From NCBI RefSeq assembly GCF_009914755.1, contig NC_060944.1: DNA of 64,000 bases. One strand, given 5' to 3'. This DNA is from the human T2T-CHM13v2.0 reference genome, Homo sapiens. This document shows positions 27,753-40,324 of the stretch, in pieces. Each line of letters begins with the position of its first letter. Positions within the stretch are counted from its first letter, which is position 1. Both the position numbers and the translations under genes were made by a program. Under the pieces are notes generated by a model. That model was not told the DNA's origin. It ran no database searches and saw nothing but the letters and a program-made list of their open reading frames with translations.

Positions 27753-28300
27753 CCTTTACTTATCTAGGTATTATGATGATTATTTTTCCTTTACTGACAG
27801 AGGTCTCAGATTGAATGTCTCTTTATTTCATGAAATAAACAGTGCCTAATACAGCATCCTCAGGAATAGAGAAAAATATTCAAATGGATAATATATGGTT
27901 TCTTTTATATTGGCAGCTATCACTGATATTTATCAATACAACTGTATAGCATTTGACAAATGAAGCCTCTTCTTTTTAGAGTATTAAATCTTAATTGACT
28001 ATACATCTAATGGGTTCCATCACTGTCTCAATTGTAGATTTTAGGAACAGAATTGGGTAGGCCTGAGAGAAAGGTATGCATAATTGTTCATGAATTTACT
28101 GCTGATAGGATGGACCATTTGTCTAAAATAAGGTATAAAGAAATGGAGAAATTTTAGGAAAGCTTATGTGGGTCAGGTCTCAATGTGACAGCTCACCCAT
28201 AGAAGGCCACTGTGAGAAAGGTAAGTTAAAAGGATGTTGTGTTTGCCTGGTCTGGAGCCTGGAGAGGCGAATAAGATAAGAAGATATCACACACCATATT
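27753..28300 (+). mobile_element. Probable L3/CR1 relic, donor of the 375-bp duplication
   Basis: agcatttgacaaa and gcctggagaggcgaataagataagaagatat resemble CR1 RT and 3' motifs. Confidence 0.45.
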
Positions 28301-28339
28301 TGTGTAAACTGGGATGCTGTGGTTAACTAGTATTAAGAC

Positions 28340-29225
28340 CAGACATCTTTTCCCACACTGAGACTCTAATATCCAGCAGCCTTCTAGACATCACTTGGAG
28401 CACTCGCCTGTCTAACAGACAACTCAAACTCAGCATGCCTAAACCTGAATTCCTGATCTTCCCTCCTGAGCTAACTTCACCCACAGCTGTCTCCATTGAG
28501 GGGATGGCAACTTCTTCCTTTTAGTTCTCGTGCCAAGAACCTTGGCACTATCCTTGACCCTTTCCCCTCTCCCGTACCAACATCCCATGCCTCAGGGAAT
28601 CCTGTTGGCTCTATCTTCATAAAATATCCAGATTCCAACTGCTTCTCACTTCCTCCACTGTTAACATCTGTCCTGAGCCACCACCCACTCTCTCCTGCAT
28701 CAATATAAATGTATTGGAACAGGTCTCTTAGTTTCTCCCCTTTCCCCTATATAGTTTGTGCTCAGCGCAGCAGTCCGAATAATTTTTAAGTGAATCAAGT
28801 CATTTCAACTTTCTGCTCAGAACTCTGCTTTGCCCCTACATGTCCCTCAGAGTAAAATCTGTCTTTGCAATAACCTTCAGAGCCTTATATGATCTACTCC
28901 CCACCTCCCTTTCTCTCTCTGACATTGTCTCTATTACCTCCCCTTGTTCCAGCCACAGTGGCTTCCTGACATGTTCCTTGGGTGCCAGGTGCACTTGTGT
29001 TTTGCACTGTCATCTATTCCATCTTCCTGGAACATTCTTCCCCCAGATATCTACATGTTCCCTCCCTCAGCTCTTTCTAGTCTTTCTTGAATCTCATGTC
29101 CTTAATAATGATGCCCACCTGGGCCATCCTGTTTATTACTGCAAACCCCTCCCACCACTATACTCCAACCCAGCCCATCCAACGATTCTTACCTGTTCTC
29201 ATTTATGTAAGAGCTTATTACCTAC
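28340..29225 (+). mobile_element. L2 fragment
   Basis: caactcaaactcagcatgcctaaacctgaattcctgatcttccc...ctctatcttcataaaatatccagattcc. Confidence 0.82.
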
Positions 29226-29249
29226 AAAAATAATACTCTTCACTGGATC

Positions 29250-29378
29250 CAATAAGCCATCAACTGTGAGTCATGCCAGTATCTTACTACGACATGCTAT
29301 TGATTGTAAGGTAGATTTTGATGTCAGGGATATTAAAATATAAAAATATGTGTACCTTGGAATCCGTGACATGTGGGT
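29250..29378. mobile_element. MER104-like Tc2 MITE
   Basis: gctattgattgtaaggtagattttgatgtcagggatattaaaat...tgtaccttggaatccgtgacatgtgg. Confidence 0.55.
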
Positions 29379-29736
29379 GGCAGGCAGTGTTTATCTGGGA
29401 GTATCATTCCTTACCTCCTACACAGGGTTAAAACCGGATGACAGGAGAGGGGTCCCTGGGTGCTCTGACTTCTGACTCCATTCTCCCTTTCATTCATTAA
29501 ACTCGTCTTTTCTGGGAACTTACTTTGCATCAGGCATTGTAGATACAGTAATAGAAAAGAAAACAGCTCCTGCTCTTAAAAGGAACTTTCAGTCTAGTAG
29601 GAAGTCTGACAAAGAATCAGAAATTGAATTATAATGTGTTAACTGCTGTGATGACTATAGGGTCCCAGAGGAGGCCCCACCCACCACCATCGTCAAACAC
29701 TTTCAAAGCTAAAGAGAGAGTAGGCATGGTTGTCTG

Positions 29737-30076
<340 letters not shown>

Positions 30077-31129
30077 AAGTTTGTCTACTTTTTCTTATTT
30101 CCAAACTGTGAAAATGGAAAACATCAGAGTACTGACATAAGAGGCACCAAATAATGTATCCAACTAAAGTATTGCTGCGTATCTATCTATTTATCAATCA
30201 ATCAAGAGAATCATTTAAGGTCCAGATAGCTGCTTGCCTCCTACCTGAAGTATGAATTTGAGCACCAGATTCTTTTTTTCCATTTCTGCCTCTAAGCACC
30301 GTGTGATATTCTGAATTTCTGTTTCATCATTCTAACCAAGGAGGCAGGGAACTCTAAGAACTTCTCTATCTCAACATCTTCGATTCTATTTTTGCTTAAA
30401 TAAATCTCAAGAAGGTTACCTTCACCCTCAGGAAAGGTGTCTGTTTTGTTTCTCCTAGGAAGATATGTTACGGAACATTGTGTTCAAATAATGTCTAGTG
30501 ATATTTATTACACAGGCTAAAAGTATGTGATACTTTAAGTCTAAATTGTTTAATTCTATGATCCCATTTATAATTTGCAATACAACGTTGTAACTCTCAG
30601 TAAGTTAAGAAAGAAGAGTTAGAAACAGTGGTTGTCTCATTTAACATGATGTTCTCAAAGATTCTGAAGGCCAAAACAGCTCTTACCTCCCCATTTAATA
30701 GATTTAACCACGCTAAAAATCTTCCATCTGTAAAAATTATTTTAACTAACCCAATTTTTGTATTCATGCCATTCAATACATTAATCAAATTGTTTAAAAC
30801 AGAATCTTGGCAAGAAATAAGGTACATCAATTAACTACAATTCTACCATGAGACTGTAATTTAAGTCTCATGAAATGTTAAAAAAAATAAAATTAAGTAG
30901 CAGATGCCAGTGTCCTCTGAATAATCTACAATGATATAACCAAATAATGGGAATCTCAGAATAGATAAAATAGGTTTTTACTGGCTTAAACTTTAATTAA
31001 AAGGACTATTCTTGATGCTCTGTTTGTACTTCTACAATATTATGAGGGAACTTGTTCAGCTTCCACTGCTAAGATACAGGATTGCCACTGCTGAGATATA
31101 GGATTGGGAATGACAGTGGCTTCAAAGAT

Positions 31130-31470
31130 AAGAGGAAGATGTCAAATGAATTCCATTTTGAATATATATATTTGAATAAATTCAGCTTAAGATATTACCC
31201 AGATAGAAGCATCCAGCGAAAGTTGGAAATACAGCTTTGATGCTCAGGGAAGAGGTTGGAACTGCAGACACAGATTTGGTGATAAACATTTCAGAGGCCC
31301 CAGTAAGAGCCATGGGGCTGGATATGATTATACTGGGAGACAGAAACCTGAAGATAAAAGCAGAGAAAAATCTTCTTTGTAAATAGTATTTGTGGATTGA
31401 GGACAAGAAGCCAAGATAGAAATGTTTTGAATATACAAGTAAAATGTAGGGTTCAGTTGGAGAAGCCAAG
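31130..31470 (-). mobile_element. L2 fragment
   Basis: gaactgcagacacagatttggtgataaacattt...agagccatggggctggat. Confidence 0.65.
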
Positions 31471-31884
31471 TCCTATATCAGGTGGGAATGTATGAGATCC
31501 AAGCCTCAAACTTTTGCAGGAGGTTTGATAGTATTAATATAGGAACCTCATTGCAGGAGGAAGGGAAGACATCAGACATAGATGGATCGTATTCTCTGTG
31601 AAGTGAAAGGCAGGATCACATGCAAAAAACAAGAGAAGAAGTAAAAAAAGAAAAAAAAAACAACACATGTAGCCACACAGTTGCTTTGAATTTCGCAGTC
31701 TGCCTTACCTAAGCTCTTACTCTTTGCAGGCAAATAAAGAAATAGGTGGATAAAGTGTGTATCAAATTGAACAAAATGGCAGTTTAGTCTCAAAGGAAGA
31801 CATTTCCTTTATTTTAATATAGTACCTCCTTTCCAATAATTTCAGCAAGCCGTCATATTATACTAGATTCAATTCAATTTTCAG

Positions 31885-31943
31885 TGTATCTTTTGGCTTT
31901 TAAAAGCCAAGATACAAGTTTTAACTTGTATCAAGTTAAAACT
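31885..31943. repeat. Three overlapping short palindromes
   Basis: tgtatc-tt-ttggctttt|aaaagccaa-gataca; gatacaagtt-tt-aacttgtatc; agttttaacttg-tat-caagttaaaact. Confidence 0.9.
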
Positions 31944-32869
31944 TTAATCAAATATCATAACCCCTGGCTATTTTTCTGGTCTATAGCCTATGCTCATCGT
32001 AAGAATTCTTGACATTAATACATTATTTTAGGTAAGGATGTAGAATATTTATTCCATAGTTATCATGCAGATGGAAGTCATTTTTCTCCCCAAAGGTGGC
32101 AAATTAGTATTGACTACATTTTATTATACACATTATCACTTGCCTTAGTATACTCATTTATGACGTGTATGATTACAACAACAAAATGCAAACAGAAACA
32201 AAAGGTTTGGTGATAAGGGACATTGAGCACAGAATTTTAATGTTATATTTCAAAATGGCTATGATGAAATGTGCTAGCTCAACTGAAAGAATCACAGCAC
32301 ATCTGTTTTGCCAACTTTTCAAGTTAACAAATTCTTTTCCACTCTTTGTATTTCCCTCTGAGCGTATCTCCTTGGAAAATTATCAAGTCTCCAAGTGAAG
32401 ATAAAGTGGTATCTCTAGATATGGAAATGTTGCAAAGGTTTCATTTTACAGAGAATTGCTCAAAGATGAGGATGACATAAGATTACCATCTTAGAGGGGA
32501 AAAAAATGTCTAAGGCATAGGAGAGGAAAGTATTTGTATTTGTGAAGACCTTCTGCTAGTAACTTTGAAAAAGTTGGCAACCAACAAAACTTTGATTAAT
32601 TTCATCATGTGTTGTCCCTTGCAAGAATATGTCCAGTATGTCAAAACAAACAAATAATTGTTAAAGTGGCATGTCTGTAGATGATGTCAAAATTCCCAAA
32701 GGGCAATTTTTTGGGCAGCCTCAAGGTCAGAAAAGTAGTGTCCTAGAATAGACTGACCCACATATCCTTGACCCTCCCCACCTGCCTATCAGTCAGACAC
32801 CCAACCAATCAGAGGCACTGCTCTAGGGGGCTTCACGCTTCCCATCTGTCCATCTTCCATTCTTAGTAC

Positions 32870-33165
32870 ATAAGCCTTTGTCCTGATGCTTGTCATGTCA
32901 TGGTTGAAAGACGGCTGACCTGCTTCCGGGAATCACAGCCTGATTCCAGCAGGATGAAGACAGCAAAAAGCAAAAGATGAAATAATTAAGGGGTATATTC
33001 ATTGAGTGTCCCTTTTTAAGAGGCTTTTCCAGAAGCACATTCAACAACTTCACATTCCCATGCCCAGCTGGAAGGGAGGCTGGGAAGTTGAGTATTTGAG
33101 CTTTCAAGGAAGAAGTAGGCTGTGAATGATTTTAGGGTACCCAGTTCACAGTATCTTCCATACTG
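32870..33165 (-). mobile_element. Old MLT1 (J/K-like) LTR fragment
   Basis: tcatggttgaaagacggctg...cagctggaagggaggctgggaagttgagtattt. Confidence 0.6.
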
Positions 33166-33959
33166 GCCCCCAGGAAGTGCTCAACAAACATTTACATGTC
33201 GTGGATGATTTGTGTCCTGGCTGTGACACACACATGCCATGTTCATTCTAACACTGGCCTCATCTCATCTTGTACCTTGCTTCCTTGATCCAGGAGAGCA
33301 AACACTTTCCCCTTTCTCAAAGCCCTACTCACTCTTTTAAGAAAAAATTTATTAAAAATGCAGTATAGCACATGTACAGAAAAGTTCATAAAACCTAAGT
33401 GTACAGCCTGATCAATTTTGATAAAGTGAACACATCATTTAAGAAGAAACTGAAAGTTATCAAAGCCACAGAAGCTCATGATTTTATGTCATACCGTTAT
33501 TTAAATATACTCTAAGATACACCTATATAATTGATATGTGGATAAGAGGACATGGTAATCTGTTTTATGGATAAGTGAAGACTGTTAAAATCGAACTCTT
33601 GGGTTTTCAAAATACAGAATGTGTTTCAATACTTTTTTAGTCTTGTATAATCCATCAGACTGGACATTTGAAAAATGTCACAAAAGTTTCCTGTTGAGAT
33701 TCTATCATGCCATCAGTAATATAGCTAAAGGCAAGTCCTATTAATCCCAGATGAATTTAAACTGCATTGCACTGTGGATTTTAAATAGATTTAAAATAGG
33801 CTAATAGGTACTTGCAAGGGATAAATTTAAGTATTTCTGAATCACTCCTCATGCAGCTGCTGAAGATGGCAAGAAAAAATTATTCTTCCTTAAAATTATA
33901 TTTAAGCACTAGTAAGGCAACAGTGATGGTTTAGCTTTAGTAACAATAATTTAACTAAA

Positions 33960-34460
33960 GCACAGTAAATTCACATATACTCTTACCATGAGCATGAAGT
34001 GAAACATTCTGCAGATAAGAGAAATAAGGCATAGAGGGGTCAAGTTACTTGCCTGGTTTCATAAAGGTAGTTAGTGATCATGCCCTACTTGTCTCACTTC
34101 TTCCTATTGTCCCTCTCCCTCTTTCTATTCCAGCTCCAGTAGTACCCTTACTATCCTCAGAAGCAGCAAAACAATCCCACCTCCAGGTCTTTGCACTGGT
34201 GGCACCCTGTGCCTGGAGTGCTTGTCTAGATTTCCACATGGTTCTCTTGCTCTCACTTCTAGCAAACCTCTGCTTTTAAATTATATCCCAATACAGCTTC
34301 AGTCATCCTTAAGCATTCCCTGGGCTTCTTATTTTATATTTTTAGAGTAGGAGAGCTAAAGCATGGGAGTGGTCTCTTGGGTAAGTTAAACTCTCTAAGC
34401 CTCAGTTTTTCATCTATAAAATAGAAAAACTGACGCTTACTCTGCATGGCTATGAAAAGG
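33960..34460. mobile_element. MIR / L2 / MIR fragment cluster
   Basis: gcagataagagaaataaggcatagagg; ggtctttgcactggtggcaccctgtgcctgg; gcctcagtttttcatctataaaat. Confidence 0.65.

Positions 34461-34461
<1 letters not shown>

Positions 34462-34500
<39 letters not shown>
34462..34500. repeat. (TG)n microsatellite
   Basis: Direct reading. Confidence 0.97.
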
Positions 34501-34507
34501 ACATTTA

Positions 34508-34800
34508 CAGTGGTGTGCTGGTAAATGTTTAACTACTGGCTTTCCAAAAAAAAATTCTTGATACTGCTAAGTGCAGATTTGGGAATAGATATGCAGTAGA
34601 CACCATGGTACAGTGTTTCCCTCATACAGGTGCAATAGATATAAATAACCACACAATCACAGATAATAGTAAAATGCAGTAAAATAATGAGGAAGTGGTG
34701 ACTTTTGAGTGTTTATTTCTTTGTTTTATAACAAAACTTATTTAATTGTATGTTTACATAATTTAATTTTAATAATAGCTAAAAATTAGCTGTCTCCAGC
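34508..34800. mobile_element. MER63B-like hAT element
   Basis: Starts cagtggtgtgctggtaaatgtttaactactggc. Confidence 0.8.
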
Positions 34801-35697
34801 CCATGTGTCTGTGTGTGTTGGGGGGGGGTATGTGTGAGTACCCATATACAATTGAATAAACAAAAGCTAGTGCTGTTGATAGGGGGAAAAAGCCACAATA
34901 TTTTCTTTGTTTTCTCTAAACAGAAACAAATTAAAGAAAGCATTGACTTTGTTCAATGTGATTTTATACCAATGATGGTCATAGATGACTATAGTAACAG
35001 CTTCAATGTAATGTGCAGAAAATCCTAGACACATTAAACTAAGAAATACACAGACATCTCAACCAGGGAAGCACAGCAAATGTATCTCCAGTAACAAGGC
35101 AAGAACCTATCATTGATGAGTGTTTGGTCACACTAGATGCCTGGTCTCTTTATTGATACCTCATTCTGACGGGTTTCCAAAGACTTGTCAGGGCACATAC
35201 TCAAGTCATTACAGATCCAGATAAGCTTTAAATTGAGGTCAGGATGAAATCCATCCCCGTTACCACCCAGATTCTAAACAGCTAACCCTCTTCAACTGTA
35301 TTAAATTCCAAAGAGGGAATATGATGAAAAGAGGAGAGAAGCCCTACAGTGTTAGAACTGGAAGGTAAAATCTCTTCTATAAAAGGTATTGTTTGGCAGA
35401 TGAAGAGCAGAGATACACCTGGTTATCACCTTGCAAAAAAACAGCATCACATACAGTGCCTTGTCTTTTTGTATTTTCTGGTCATATCCAAGCCACTGTT
35501 GTACTTTCATGTTTGTTTAAACTGGATATGTGGACACAATTTTATCTATAACTCTATTGGTCACAGAAAGACCCTCTTCCTATTCTTCTCGTCTTGGATA
35601 ACAAAGGGGTTCCAAGATTCAGCTTAATCCTAGAGTTTTACCCCCACCTCCAAGAAGCAGAGAGACTAGTATTTAAACCCAGGGGGGTAAAACTTAC

Positions 35698-35779
35698 CTT
35701 GAGCCAAGCAGCTGGGAACACAGACATGTTGGTGAATTTCAGGTCTTAGAGCTTTCAACAACCATCAAACACACTAAGG
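35698..35779 (-). other. Candidate 82-nt non-coding exon
   Basis: Minus strand: acceptor tctttattcacctgcatag| and consensus donor AAG|gtaagt; stop codons in all three frames. Confidence 0.25.
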
Positions 35780-37345
35780 CTATGCAGGTGAATAAAGACC
35801 AGTCACTATCCACAAAGATGTCTGGGTTTACTTGCAAAGATACAACTATTGGAATATGGGAGTCCCTCCCTCCACTGGAAGGTGTGAAGAGGGTTCCTAG
35901 CCGAGCTCTATGGGAAGTTCTCAGTATGCCATTTGAGGTAAATCAATCCTTTGTAGAAGTTTGTACTGGCTGCCAGAAAGGCAAGCCCTTGGTGACTCAA
36001 GTACATCTGAACATTTCTGTAAGATCTCTAATTGGTGGGTTTTCTTTCTTCTTTAAAAAATACTGTATGTAGCAGAAGTTATGTCTTATTCACAACTCTT
36101 GGCTTAAGCAGGTGTCATTCTTGTTTCATCTTACTTCCAAATCTGAATTTTTCTTGGGGACAGATGGCTATCAAACTGCTCTCCCTTTCAGAACACACAC
36201 CAGATGCCCTCGCAATTCAAAGTGAAAAACTAGGCTCGGCTCTTCAAGGTGTCAGCATTTATACTTTAACTTTAAAAACTCACTTAAACTCTCAATTATT
36301 TCAATGAAAAAAAAAGTTTCCATTAAGCCATTCTTTTCTAATTTTTCTAAAAACATTGCTTGTATACAGTGTTTACTTTTTCCATTATTAAGAGTCAGTA
36401 TTAGAGGCGACCTCAAGAGCACTACAAGCTAGACCTATTTCAGACCAGGAAGGGTCCACAACACTTAATGGACATTGCTGGTTCCAGACCTGGATCCTTT
36501 TCCCTGGTTCCACATATGATGGTCTGGGGAAGATGGGAAAGACCAGGAGTTTGGGGGCAGACAAACTGTCTCCTGAATTTCTTGCTGACATTCTAGGAGA
36601 AGCTGAAATAAAGCATCCCTTCTCCCTTAACCTCCAGTGATGGTTACAAAGTCACTCTTGATCACCATATGGGTTGGCATCAGTCAAAAATTGCCCCAGG
36701 AATGATACCAACAAAATGAAGTGGCTCATTTTCCCCTAATTCTAACCACAGGGGATTGCAAAAAGATGCTGATGCAGGTCAGGAAAGGAGGGGCCTTTTT
36801 ACGCCCAAGCTGCAAGTAAATGAATGAGCAAATGCTTGAAGACATTGAGGAGGGAGCTGGCAGAATTTAGTTTAAGGAGCTTCATTCTCCAGCATCATCT
36901 ACCCCATTTCCCAAACAGCTTTTCCATGACAGCCCAAAGAGCCTGCTTTATGCAGAGGCAAAGGAAGCTGTACCCCTAAAACTTCCTCTACGGGTCCTGC
37001 TATTGTGTTTGAAGTTCCTGCAATCTACTGCTTTATCTCAAGACTTTCAGAATCAAGGTTACAATACAAACCTTATTGGTGCTGAAGACACACTATGCCA
37101 TAATTAAGGTATAGCATCTTATGTAAACAAATTAATCAGATTTGTTTGCTTGTCAGAGAGCAAACAGTATAAAGGGGCCCCAGAAAAGTTAAATTTTGAG
37201 ATAACACATGAAAAGAGGAAAAGAGGGGAGAGGGAAAACCATTCCAAGGCCCAGGGGAATGCGAGGATAGAAAGTTTGGGCTGGGGACATTACACAAATG
37301 TAGAATGATCTCTTAAAAAAAGCCAACTTATAAAGAGTTGAATTT

Positions 37346-37635
37346 GATTTTTATTATTTTAGAGACAGGGTCTAACTCTGTTGACCAGACTGTAGTACAG
37401 TGGCATGGTCATAGCTCACTGCAGCATCCAACTCCTGGGCTCAAGTGATCCTCCCACCTCACCCTCCTTAGTAGCTGGGACTACAGGTGTACAACACAAC
37501 ACCTAATTTTTTATTTTTTGTAGACAGGGTATCTTCAGGTTTCCTAGGTTGGTATCAAACTTCTGGCCTCAAGTGATCTTCCCATCTCGGCCTCCCAAAG
37601 TGCTGGGATGGCAGGTGTGAGCCACTGCACCCAGT
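37346..37635 (-). mobile_element. AluJ
   Basis: agagacagggtctaactctg...; TSD-like gttgaatttg on both sides. Confidence 0.92.
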
Positions 37636-37749
37636 TGAATTTGGTTATTTTATACTTTGATCTTGAATAAAAAGTGATGAAAGGGGAAAGGTACTAGGCA
37701 TTTGTGGAGATATCTCACTCTGTACCATACACTCTTGTAATGAGATCTG

Positions 37750-39000
37750 GTCCTCATCTTCCGTGGCCTCTCCACATCACGGGGAATGGGTGTTGGGAAT
37801 GGGTTACATTCCTTGGCTTCCATGACCTTCCTTCTCCTGTTTCTGCTCCTACTTCATAGACATCAGCTTTCAGTCCCTGTTTCATTTGCCTTCTCCTTAC
37901 ATGGCAGTAAAGTCCAATATTCAGCGTCATTTCTCTCACCTTTCTCTTCTCATTGTGTAGCATATTCATTCACCACCTTTAGTCACAACTCACATGTAGA
38001 CGACTTAGAAATGTTAAGTTTTAGGCTAGATATCACCTTTAAGCCCTGGGCATACACTCCAAAATCCCTGCTTCCTGGAAAGACCTAGCAGGGTGTCTTT
38101 GGGCACCTCACAGTCCACATGTCTGTCTACAATTGAACTCCTTGTCTGTCCTCACAAATATGTTCCACCTTCTCTTCCATTTGAAGTTGTAGGAAAAGAC
38201 CCACCACTCACCCAGTCACCCAAAGCAGGACCTTGGGCACAACTTTGATTCCTGCCTTTCTGACAAGTGCCAACAGGGCAGGTGTGTGCCGTGTGCCACA
38301 TCCACCCCTCACCCGACAATGTCTTTACTGCTTGACCTATATAAGACTTCCAAGTGCTGGCCCCTTCATCTCTCTGATGACTTTTCTCTGACCACTGAGT
38401 CCTTCTTTTCCCACCTGTGCATCAGGCTGGATTTGGACCTGACTCTCAATGAGAGCAGTAAATAATTCAGGCACTGGTGATTCACCAATCCTTTTAGAAA
38501 ATATAGCTCAAACCAAACTGCTCTATTATAATTACTTTGCATAAATCTGCTTTATAGCTAAGGCCAATGGGCTGGTGATAAAGCAAAGAAGGACTCCTTT
38601 AAAAAGGCATCCGGTGGGTGACCCATGAGCCTCATAGAGGCAACAGTCCCAGGGACACCTCCCTGTTGATTGGGTCACACCTCCAGGGCTTCATTCAAAC
38701 TGCTGACTCCAGCTGAAATGGCTTCCTCCCAAGTCTTTGCAAGACTTTGTCTTTGAGAACTAAATCCATGTGAAACCTCATTTATGGAATTTCTTCTGCC
38801 TGTACCTCCTTCACAGATAGAACACCCTCTTCCCTCCTGATCTGAGAATTTCTGCCATATCATTGTTCTTATTTATTGCCTGCCTTTCTCCCCTACCAGA
38901 CTGTAAGCACCTTGAGGGGTGACTCAATGACTATTTTGATCCCCCCTGCATGCAGTGCATGCTATACTTTTTTATTAGGCAGATAAATAAATAAATGAGC
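37750..39000 (+). mobile_element. L2 fragments (about 37750-38270 and 38660-39000)
   Basis: ccttggcttccatgaccttccttctcctg; ccctaccagactgtaagcaccttgaggg. Confidence 0.65.
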
Positions 39001-40324
39001 TAACAATGTAAGAAAATGTTTTTAACATCTTCACATTAGCAGGGGAAATCAATGAAGATGTGTTGAATATTTAAAGGATCATTCCAAGTAACCGTCTCTC
39101 ACTAAAGAAAAACAGAAGCAGAAAGTCATACAATCTAAGATACCATGTCTAAGGGTTGCGGGAGAAGTTTGGTAATCATGGTGAGCAAATCTCTGGCCCT
39201 GGCCTCTAGATTAAAAACACATTTTATGTCAAGAAGTCATAATCGTTCTACAACAGAGCCAAGAGCCAAGTGCTTTTCAGAAGTGCTGTTTGCAGGAATT
39301 ATACTCCCCAGTCCATGACAGTATCAGGAGTTATTTTCACATGAGGAAATATCCAAAAATTGCCAGGAACTTTTTAAGTGGGACAGTAACTTATGGCAGA
39401 CACATCTCTGAACACATCTACAATTTAATTTTCAAGAAACTTAAGTGGAGACAATCCTTTTGAGAATATCTAACAACAGACTCCAAAGAAAGAAGCTCAA
39501 AGAAAAATATTTGAATAGAAAGCTGGAGAATATATTACCATTTCAGAGATGACTGATATTCCATTTATATTTTACTACATGTTATGGTAGTATTCTCCAG
39601 CAGCAGAAAGCAAGACTGAGAGATTCCTAGGTTACAGGAGATATATTTAACCTCGGATCAAGTGGAAGTTGGCACCTGGAATCCTTCTAGGAATGAAGCA
39701 AGGATATGACTCAATCAATCAAACGTTCTGGCAGAAAGCGAACAGGCAGGCAGACAGGCAGGCAACTGAGATGATGCTCGTTTAGAGAAAAGGGACTAAG
39801 TCAAGTTCGCTCTACTGCCTCAGCAGAATACTTTGAAAACTTAGGTGGGAAAGGTTTTTTTCTAATAACTGATAGCGACTCATCAATTGCACAGCCTAAC
39901 CAGGATGCCATTTTTTTCCCATGTGGGCAGAAGAGTTTATGTATCACATCAATACACTGGTCACTCCCTCTACCTCTCAGTTCTTTCTTTGGAGCTGACT
40001 TTATCCATTTATTCACCCATCATTTAAGCATCCACGCTGCAAAAGATACTGTGCTAACTTCCTGGAGATATGAACTATATTATTGACTTTATGAATCTCA
40101 CTGTTTCATAGCAGAAGTATAAAACAAATTGGTAAACACATACATGTTTTAAAAAGATAAAATTTTGTAAATAGTATCAATGTATGCTGTTACAAAGTAG
40201 CCTACTGGGCAGACTACCTATACCAATAGGTTACCTATAGGTTGGTCAGTTAAGGTGGAAAGAGAGCTGACTCAGAGTGTTCTAGAATTGTGAAACAAGT
40301 TCCAGAGGGAGAAAAAGACAAGAA

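Noticed and set aside
28212-28226. Consensus plus-strand splice donors (AAG|gtaagt here, CAG|gtaagt near 45440)
   Set aside because: Inside old repeats, with no convincing partner acceptor or reading frame
28840-29343. 167-aa plus-strand ORF
   Set aside because: Lies in L2 and MER104-like DNA; composition reflects a pyrimidine-rich repeat and no domain is recognisable
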